A stretch of 64,000 bases of DNA from the human T2T-CHM13v2.0 reference genome, Homo sapiens. The notes beneath the pieces are model-generated. The model searched no databases and had not been told where the DNA came from. It saw nothing but the letters and a program-made list of their open reading frames with translations. The stretch lies in NCBI RefSeq assembly GCF_009914755.1, contig NC_060942.1, one strand, 5' to 3'. Each line of letters opens with the position of its first letter. Within the stretch, counting starts at the first letter, position 1. Shown here piece by piece: positions 54,446 to 64,000 of this stretch. The position numbers and the translations under genes are program-made.

Positions 54446-54936
54446 CTGTATCATCCATTTGCTGGAATTTTGAAATTTCAGAGCTAAAGTGGACATTATA
54501 TTCCAATTCACTTGCTTTACTTATCTGGAGAAAGTATTTGTATTGAGACATGAAGTGATTTGCTCAAGTTTGCAAGGGTGATTTGTGCCAGAACTGATCT
54601 CTATCCTTAATCTTTGGCTGTCTGGCCTTAATTCAGGTGCAGAGCAAATAATAAAAGAGAGAAACAGTAGCCCTACCTTCATGGATTTTACTTGAGAAGA
54701 CTTATAAAACTGATAGAGGGAAAAGCTATGATTAATTCATGTGAACTTTAACAACAACATGAAATAACTGGATCAGTTCCTAATTTATCAATTGTAGATT
54801 TTGTCTACGCAACTTTGGAGGTATAAGACTACTAGACCTGGCCATTGTGACACTTTTAACTTTCAACCATCACTTCACTTAACTTTGACACTTTTCCTTA
54901 AAATGCAGGTGAATACAAGAATTAGGTTTCAGGTTT

Positions 54937-55227
54937 TATATATATATTCTGATATATATATATAATATAACCTGAGATATATATATAAATATATATATAT
55001 ATTTATATATATTAATATATATAAATATATATTAATATATATTAATATATATAAATATATATATTAATATATATAAATATATAAATATATATAAATATAT
55101 AAATATATATAAATATATAAATATATATATAAATATATATAAATATATAAATATATATAAATATATAAATATATATAAATATATAAATATATATATAAAT
55201 ATATATAAATATATATAAATATATATA
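54937..55227. repeat. AT-only (TA)n/(TATATAAA)n low-complexity array
   Basis: No G or C from 54977 to 55227. Confidence 0.97.
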
Positions 55228-55589
55228 CACACATACATACACATATACATTTTAAATAAAGATATATTTTGTATAGAGTGCTGATTTTCAATTAAAATAT
55301 TCCAGTTCTATGTCCAGCTCAGGCTACTACCTATGTAGCCTTAAGCAGCCATATCCTTTCACTGATGCCGGTTCCCTAATTTATTAAAGAAAAAGTCAGG
55401 ATAGAAACCTGCTTAAGTCTCTCAGTGCTAAAGTTCAAAATACTGTGGCATCTGAAGTCAGAGTTGAGAGTCCCTCAGGTAGATACTGGATTCTGAATAG
55501 GTCATAGACAATAAATCTGATTGTAAAACCAGTCACACTTTAAACCAAATGCTCATTTGAGGTTTCCTATCTTCATAGAATAAATTTGC

Positions 55590-55770
55590 AGAATGTTAAT
55601 GCTGAAAGGAATATTAGAGATCATTTAGTCTGATTCCCTCATTTTATGATGAGAAAACTGAAGTCTTGAAATATTAAGTAAATAGTCCAAGGTCACCAAG
55701 TCAGTCCATGAGGAAGCCAGGTCTAAAACCCAGGTTTTCACAAATCCCAGTTGTCTGTACTTTCTTCTAA
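55590..55770 (-). mobile_element. MIR3/MIRc-like SINE
   Basis: 'ttagagatcatttagtctgattccctcattttatgatgagaaaactgaag...ccaaggtcac'. Confidence 0.7.
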
Positions 55771-57274
55771 ATCATTAATTGAAATGACACCGGGGTAAAT
55801 GACACCTTTCCTTTGAGGTTAGGACTTTTATAAACAAAAAAAGAATCAAATATTAAAATATTGCTTCTTCTGGTTGTCTTTCTTTCACTCTTCACATGTG
55901 TTTGTTCTGAAGACATAGCATTTAAAAGAGGGTACTACCTGTAGAATAATAAGGCGCAAATGTCATAGTGTCTAAATATCATAAATACCTACCTTTCCCT
56001 TCGATGGTCTGTTGATAACAGGTTTCATGCATTTTTTTTTGCTGCACGAGTTGGGAGAAATCTGTTGTCTGCTTCCCTTGCATGTTTGCATTAAGCAATA
56101 AATACAGCCTTCACTTGCTCAACTATGGCTTTTCATAGCAATCCAAAAGATCAAGATCTGTTTAAGAAAGGGTTTAGTACCATTCTCAAAGTACATTGGC
56201 TCACTGAAATAAATGTTGCTGAGTTGACATCCTCTATTGAGCCATTTAAAGTATACTTTACCATCAGAGGAAGTCTCCACTTTGGCCCTTGAGGGCTTCT
56301 AAACTAGTTCTCATCACAACTAGGTAGGTTTGTGAATGTCTGAAGACCTGAAGAACCTGGCAGAAAAGCTTCACACCCATTGTAATGAAATATGAGGGAG
56401 GAACCTTAATTAGAATCCTCCCTTTGCAAAAGCTAGTAACCAAGAATGTGGAAATGCCATGTAGATCTAGATATATGAATATCCTTTGGTACCAGATGAT
56501 GTTTACATCTTTACTGTATATAATGCTTGGTGTTCAAGTATGCAGTATGTTAGTGTGGTTGATTACACAGTTTCACTGCAAGATGATACAAAAATAAGAA
56601 GCTACCATGTAAAGGGCCAGTCACTGAGAAACTTGTATTTATTTTCCAAAAGTTGGATCAGGTAGAACAGATATTTTGCCATTAATTCATCAGATTAGAA
56701 ACCAATAGTTTGAAATGCTACGTTCATCAATCCTGAGTTCTCTCTTAAGATTGATCAACCCCACAATCTCCATTTCAATCTCTCATGGAGACCTCGAACT
56801 TGAAATATCTTAAACTTAACTCATCATCTTCTAAGTAAATCCTTTTTGTAGTTAATTAATTAATTTCCATAGGTTACCAATATATGAATGTCAATGCAAT
56901 GTGATTTGTGCTTTCTAAGAAATAGTTTTTAAAATCCTATATTTTTGGATGCCTGAAATTTCAGCATATGAACGTCATCTCTCCTACAAATTTATATTTC
57001 TGGAAAGGTATCAAATCATCTGCCATTTACAATTAGAATGAATGAATTTATTTGAAAATATTCTAGTATAATTTTTGATGATAAAAAGGGGAAACAGGAG
57101 AAAGAAGGCATCACGGAGGATATAAGCATGTGCATGCATATGTGTGTATGTGTACTCACTTATGTTTTGGGATATGATGAGAAATCAAGAGAAGGTTCTA
57201 ACAGTAAAACTTATCTACAGTCCTCTGCCTCCCAAAGACCTTGCTCTTCCTGTTTTGAAAGAGCTGTTCACCGG

Positions 57275-57437
57275 ATCAGTAGTCCTCAGACCTCTCTGCA
57301 TCAGAAGTGTGGATACCCATGCCCAATTCCCCCAGAAAGTCTGATTCTATTGAATTAGGATGGTGCTCTGTCTCAGAATTTAAGAAAAAATACTCTGCAG
57401 GTAACCCTATTGGATATCTGGAATTGAGAACCACTTC
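57275..57437. mobile_element. MER5-type hAT MITE
   Basis: TIR-like ends cagtagtcctca / ttgagaaccact with internal 'ccccagaaagtctgattc'. Confidence 0.6.
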
Positions 57438-57914
57438 CCCCAAACCCTCCATGGTCCTGCTTCCATCATCAACTTCTGGCTTCCTCCCACCTTTGTATCT
57501 AATCACTTTTTTTATGTGTTGATGTAAGAAGTGTCCCTCTAGAGTTAGTTGCCCTTTCAACAACATGATGAAGCTGGAGGCTGATTTTCACTGTCTGCAT
57601 CTCCTCCAAGTTTCAGAGTTTACAGCATGTGATTAAACATAAATGCTTACCACCAGTTTACCACTACCTCCATTTGAGAGGATGCACTTCAGCCCTGAGC
57701 TGATAGGCATGCAGTGTTCCTCCAAACATTAACACTTGAGACCAGTAAAACTAAGTTAGTTGCCCAAGCCATTTTGGGATAGGCTCCTTGTGAGAATCTG
57801 CGGAGTGCCACCACCTTGTCTCTGTATTGAAACATTCACATGTTTCTAATTAGCTGCAGCCCAATAGAATCATGATAAAAACAACAACAAAAAAAAAAAA
57901 AAAAAAAAAAAAAC

Positions 57915-58150
57915 GGGCTTTGAATTTGAGCATGGGCTTTAAAATCTGGCCTCTGTTACTCACCGATGGCATGACAATGGGCAAAGCACGTAATCTTTGT
58001 GAGTCTTCAGTTTTCTCATCTCTTAATTAAGGGTTGCAATACTCACCTCTGAGTTTCAGTGAAGGTCATATGAAATTGTGTATGTAAGTCATTTTGCACA
58101 GCACCTGGCCACTGCAAATGCTCAGCAAATAGAAGTTATAGTGATAGTAA
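57915..58150 (+). mobile_element. MIR SINE, preceded by a poly-A run
   Basis: 'gggctttgaa...gggcaaagcacgtaatc...cagttttctcatctc...cacagcacctggc...tgctcagcaaat'. Confidence 0.75.
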
Positions 58151-59639
58151 TTGCTAGTAAAAATAATCCTTAAGAAGGACTAATAAGTTCTAGGTAGGTA
58201 TAACTTTGAGAAAGTGCAGAATTGCTGGCAGTATATCAGGGCAACCAAGACATTTCTCCCTTCATATCACCTTATATGTGTCTGTTTTCATCTACATAAA
58301 TGGTATATAAATATTATGGAGCTGGTCTTAAGAAATACATAAAAATTAACGATAGTAAATTAAGCAACGAAAAGAGGGGTAGTCAACTGAACAGCAAATG
58401 TATGAAAAATATCATTGAGGACTAAGAACAAAGAGTTACATTGTGATGCAGAAACCCAACTTTTGCTCATTTTGCTGCGCCTGTTTGGATGGCTTACAAC
58501 CAGTCCTGCTTACTGGCTCTCTGGAGATGACTGTCAACAGCTGGCTGCTATACAGTGCTATGCAGGAGTAAGTAAGACCCATCCTACCCTGCTGGTATCA
58601 GTGAAGGAAAGACCAGAAGGACTGTATTTGGAGACTGGAAATTTTTATTACTAAGATTGTCTTCTGACCCATATTGACCTTTGCACACGAGAGCAGAAAA
58701 GACCCACACTTGGTCACCATGCCCTCCTAATTGAGGAGTGCTGCTTTATGTAGCTTAAGTGCCAGAATAGGAGTGTAGAATCTCGGGTGCTCACAGATTC
58801 ACAGTAGGAAGCCCACAACAGCTTGCATTTGTCACCTATACCCTGTTTTACATAGACAAGTCATAACATTGGCTCCAGCATGCAACACATATAACTCTAA
58901 GCTTGGTTTTGGCAGGAAAATGAAAATGAAAAAAAGACATCCACCCTTTCCTTATGGAATGTAAACACCTCACTGCTGGGCAGAAATTTACATCAGATTG
59001 TCATCTTTGTAAGGAAATGAATATAAATTACTCATCAGAAACATATATATTTTTTCTCAATATTTGAATGACACGTTGAACCTGCTAATCAAATTGTCCT
59101 TGATTTCTCAATATATACATTTCTCTCTCAGTCTCATATAATATAAACTGGATAGATAATGTAGTTTTTTTTTTCTTAACTTCCTGGATTATTAATTTAA
59201 ATGTGTCATTTTGAGCAGATTGCGAGCTACTACAATAAAGTTTGAGAGCAAGGCTGAGTAATCATATTGCACAGGGGTCTAATGGTAAACAGGGACATTG
59301 AGAAGGAACATGGAGGAGCAGGGGCCAGGTTTTAATGGAGCCACTTCCTCAGCGTGTGCTACTCGACCTAGTTTCTGCTTCATACAGTCCAGCTTATGCA
59401 ACTAGGTAAAAAGCAGGCTGTGGATGAAAACCAGATAATGTTTCTCGGTTGAGATTTCCACAGCAAATAAATTATGAAATTAAAAAAGATAAATGCTCAC
59501 ATATGGATTGTGCAACTCATAAAGAATCAGATTCATAGACTGTTAGGTTTTTATGCACAACTATTTACATTCAATTATTCAGTCAATGCCATGGAGACAG
59601 GGTTACAAGATTGAAAGATGAATATTTTCTGTTACCCGT

Positions 59640-59642
<3 letters not shown>

Positions 59643-59688
<46 letters not shown>
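59643..59688. repeat. (TG)n microsatellite
   Basis: Directly visible. Confidence 0.97.
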
Positions 59689-59692
<4 letters not shown>

Positions 59693-62434
59693 AACATAAC
59701 AAGAAACTGCTACCTGGATATCAAGAAGCAATCATCTTGCAGTTAATATGAAAGATAAAAACAAAACAAAACATATCTTCATCACAGCTATCCAAGCAGA
59801 ACATCAATGACTAAACAAATGGCAAGCCCAAATTAAATCAAAAGGCAATAACAAGAAAAAGAGTGTGGGAGCCATAGATCATTGCACAGGGAGGTCAGTG
59901 AGCTCTCAAAGCCTGAGGAGATGACCTGCCCTGAAAAACCCATATAGGTGTCTCCTGTCCCTTCACCAGGCTGAGAATCATAAAGAGCCTAAGGAAGTTG
60001 AGTCTCTTTTAATAGGAATCAGCTAATGCCCAGCTGAAAGCCAGTTCTGACTTCAAGGAGCCAGGGAAGCCATGTGTCTCCAAACACCTTCCCATAGTCA
60101 GTGAGTGCCTGAACCTGGAAAGCCCAAGGTGAGACCCTGAGCCCTGTTAAAAGGCAAAACTTCTTTGTAAGCCATTTACTCCTCAGCGGAACCTAGTGGA
60201 TGTCAAAGACGACTTCAAATCAGGAAGAGCAAGGAAGTTCCCATCTTCACCCACCCTTTGTCCGTTGTGTCTAGTTGAAACCACTAAGGAGCAAACAAAG
60301 ACTGGAGACTCAAATATAACCCTAAAATTTGCCCCTAGGATCACTGAGACCAGAGGGCATGCAAAATCAGTTGAAGTTTCTTCCATTGCTGTGCCTTTTT
60401 CCTTTTGGAGTTCCAAGGTCTAAATAACTGCATAAAACAAATCAAGGGAAAATAGGGCCCAGCTGCCTGTGGCCTTTGTTGATGAATAGCGCTCTAAGTC
60501 AGTCACTCAGCTGTTTTATTACTTGTCTTTAAGGCTGATGAGTCCCAAGCAGACCTGCATCACTGAATTCTCAATAAAGGGTTAGTGCTTGTCCTGCAGA
60601 ATAATAAGAACCGCTAATGACACCAATTAAGAGCTGTAAATGTCATTTATACTTGTTTGTTATTTTTCAAATCAATAAGGCTGGAAAGACACAGCAGCCT
60701 GAGATAATTTAGATTGGAACAGTTTGTGGGGACATTTTAATGGATATATTGCAATCGGGATTCTTGTTCTCCTTTTGGAGAAACTGTGTTTCTCATTGGG
60801 TTAATTCTAATACTTATTTAAAGCAGAACTTTCACTTCAAATAATTAAATATAGGGGAGACTATTTAAGGCAATGAAAGACAAGTATATACATGTCTGCA
60901 TTCTGTTCATTAAATTCCTTGTTGGAAAGTGCACCCATCTCACGTGAGAAAGTATTGTTAAATGGGATAAAAAATAATAAAAATTTAAAAAAAAATGTAT
61001 AAAGAAAGAAAAAATAGTAGTGCAGACTACAGCAGTATATTCTGACACTGGAGGAATGTCAGGGGCACATGTTTTTATAAGGTTCTTATTCTTTTGCCAA
61101 AAGTAAGTAGTAGACTTGTAATTGGTTCATTCATAAGATTGTACAAGTTATACATAAGATGTTTTGTTTGTTTTGCTGAAATATGAGGCTGTTGGTCAGA
61201 ACTCTAGATAAGTCTCTTTCTTTATTTCCAAAAGTGGCACAAGAGTCTCATTTCTCACTTGGGCCCTGTTCTAGCCAGAGAAAACTATTAAACATTTCAC
61301 TGACAAGACTGCAACCAGGGACAGACAGCCCATCTCCATAAAACAACAGAGTGGTGCCAATCATCACAACCAAAGGGACATCTCACCAGAGAGTTTGAGA
61401 ATAGCTTACCAAGCTAACTTCTGGGTATTTGTGAATGCATTCTTAAATTTTTCTATTATAATTGGGAATGTTAACAAAAGATGATAAAAAAAGGCATGTA
61501 AAATTCCAAATTACCTGTCTTGCATGTCTACCTCTACACTTGTTCCTCTATAAGTAGGTTTTCCACTTTGTTTCAAAAGTAAGACTTAAGTGGTTAATCT
61601 TTTGAAGGTTTATTTTTAATTACTTTTAATAGAACAGTAAAATCACCAAGTTGGGGGAAAAAAAGATTTAAAAGACATTTTGGGAAATTGCTGTTTACAC
61701 AATCAATAATCATTTTATGTAAATGTCTACTTGACAATAAAATAATTAGTCAAAAACTGAATATTTTACATACTCAATTTATTGTGGCTACCTCGCAATC
61801 ATTGCCCAGTTTGATTACCTACATTGAAGATAGCATGGGCATTGAAGAAGTAAGTTACAACTTCTTAATTTTAAAAATTAAACTGACCAATTTTTAAAAT
61901 AAAACAGATAACAATGCAGTGGGAGAAAATAAAGGGTATAGAAAGTATATTCTAGCCGTATATCTTTTCTGGTTGATTTATTGATATACATACACTGTTC
62001 TTTTTTTGAGTTTTGACAGTGTGATGTCATGAATAGGAGAAATGCAGGGAGAAAAACATATTTAGATGTCTGGTATGCTGTTTTCCGAATCATTTAATAC
62101 AGATTTGATACAAAGCTTGATCTTGTCAGTGTTCTCAAGCTTGTCTTTGTTTTAAATAATGCAACCTTTATATCCACAAATTGTCTCTAACTTACCTCAC
62201 CACTCAGAGTTCTACTATTCCATTAAATATTTTTAATTTTCTTAATTGGCCAAATTTACCTACTCATTCTCCTCAAATATTTCCCACATTTTCCCACATG
62301 TCATTGCCTCCAGAATGTCTTCTTATCTACCCTATCTTCATCTATGAAAATTTTAGCCTCCATAGACAGCACAGACTTTAGCCAGTTTGCAAGGCATTAC
62401 TTGATTAAACCAGTTGGAAATAGTTTTATGTCAG

Positions 62435-62705
62435 TCATTCATTCACTTGTTCAACACACATTTACTGATGGTTTACTATGTGCCAGGCATTGTGGTAGGC
62501 TCTGCCCTCCCTTAAAAATATTAGTTTTATATTTGGACCAACCACATGGCTCTTGATATATTCTGCTGAATGTTATAGCAATTTGCACGTGGATTTTATC
62601 TCAGCACAGTAGGGTAAGTTCCTTGAGGGCTGAGGCTTTGCTTTAGTCATTTTTGAACTTACTGAATTGCTTATTATGGTATCTTTCTTAGAAGAAATGA
62701 ATGAA
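62435..62705. mobile_element. Two L2 3'-end fragments in opposite orientation
   Basis: 'cattcattcacttgttcaacacacatttactga...tactatgtgccaggcattgt' (-) and 'gtaagttccttgagggc...aaatgaatgaa' (+). Confidence 0.55.
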
Positions 62706-64000
62706 AGAGCATCAAGCTATGTATATATAATTCCAAGACAATTGAACTGCTCAATTTGAGAGAAAAATAATCATATTAGGTAGCCATGTGCTAATTTAGA
62801 TAAAGCAGTAAGTTGATTCACTTAATTTCTTATCCCCTGCTTATCTGGATATTGTTAAAAATGGCATTCAATGATTTTTCTCACTTGAATTTTTTTTTTT
62901 TTTTGTCAAAGGACAATCAGGATGCTCCAATAAATAAACAGAATCAAGAAGACCTAGTATTGAGATATGGTTTGGTGTTTGTTTTTAACACATATGTGTA
63001 CTCTACAAGACACTTGTGTCAATGGCTGGGAGTGACAAAACTGAATGCAAAGGTGTATAGGATTCCTCTGCTTCATTTGGGCTGCAGAAATAAAGGAAAC
63101 ATAAATGACTTCTATAAGCCCAGTTACTCTCTGGTAAGCCCTAGAACAACCTAAACACAATCCCCAGTGGGCGGGTATATGGTGGTGTCTGATACTATCT
63201 AAAATGCTCAAGGCCATACAGAACTAGGTGGATAGAGGGAGCAAATTTGGCTCACCATTAGTGGATACCACATAGTTTCCTCTCAATGCTTCTTTTTCCT
63301 CCTCATTAATTTCCACTTTTTTTCTGCCTGAGGCTCCCTGAACTCACTCTTTCTCTATTCAAAAGAGATCCACTAGACAGCATCAGATAAACTCCCTTGC
63401 TCTTGGAATGGAGTTCATTTTCAGCATGACGAATAATTATCTCAAGGGATACATCACTCTCTGTGGAATGCCAGACCACAGAAAGTTGTGTGAGGCAGGA
63501 CATTTTAAGGGCAAGCAGCCCTAAAATTAAAATTAAACTAATTAGGTAACTTCCATTTTAATCACCCTGTGAAAAGGTCATTGTGGCCAAGGGACTTAGG
63601 CACAAGATATCTGTTTGATGATTGTATTTACTCATTAGTTTTCTAAAGTTTAGGTACTAGTTTTGTTACTGACAAAGAATCCAATAAGGCCTGATGACCT
63701 CAATGGCAGAATGGACTTCCACTGTTCATATTATTTTCTCTTTGGGAAGAAATTTCCAACTACTTCCCCCTATATGGGGAGTCACAGGGTCACTAGTAAA
63801 CAATATTCTCTGTTCAGGGAAGATTTATGTGAGTGTTCCTTCTCAGCTATCAAATGTAGGTCAAAGAGTCTCTCATTTCCTGAAGCAATGGCCCCTTCAG
63901 GGTCAGGGAGCTCATAAAACCATGTATAAAGCCAGATTGGGGATGACCAGAGAGAGGCAGAGATGGCAGTTGGCTGGAGAGCACAGACCCATCTCTAGGG

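Noticed and set aside
55032-55291. YI-rich, HT-rich and KERK ORFs (also 8786-9060 and 25959-26451)
   Set aside because: Translations of microsatellites that lack stop codons in some frames.
60183-60423. ORFs in unique sequence (also 58415, 62813, 63306) as host coding exons
   Set aside because: Lengths are within chance expectation, with no recognisable domain and no convincing acceptor-donor pair.

Overview
AT-rich primate genomic DNA (AluY is present, so catarrhine; human is plausible but not provable here), non-coding as far as I can read it. Roughly half is retrotransposon or DNA-transposon debris. It contains a decayed full-length L1PB-type LINE (2.5-9.36 kb), an old L1MC-type LINE (19.4-27.3 kb) hosting a THE1 LTR, a 5'-inverted L1PA7-like insertion and an Alu, plus MaLR/ERV LTRs, about 12 Alus, MIR/L2/CR1 relics and microsatellites. 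Repeat-poor unique stretches lie at about 10-15, 40.5-42.8 and 56-64 kb. I found no credible host coding exon, RNA gene, CpG island or CRISPR array, and the sequence does not support a previously undescribed biological system. The most notable items are structural: (1) a ~160-bp inverted copy of the L1 endonuclease region inside ORF1 of the same L1PB, (2) a twin-primed L1PA with a perfect 14-bp TSD and two large deletions, (3) a patchwork templated insertion in an Alu, (4) three closely spaced alternately oriented Alus, (5) a CpG-retaining hairpin at 49.9 kb, and (6) a strong + strand bias of L1s and LTRs, hinting at a minus-strand host transcript. Repeat subfamily names come from recalled consensus sequences, boundaries of old repeats are approximate, and no search was run.
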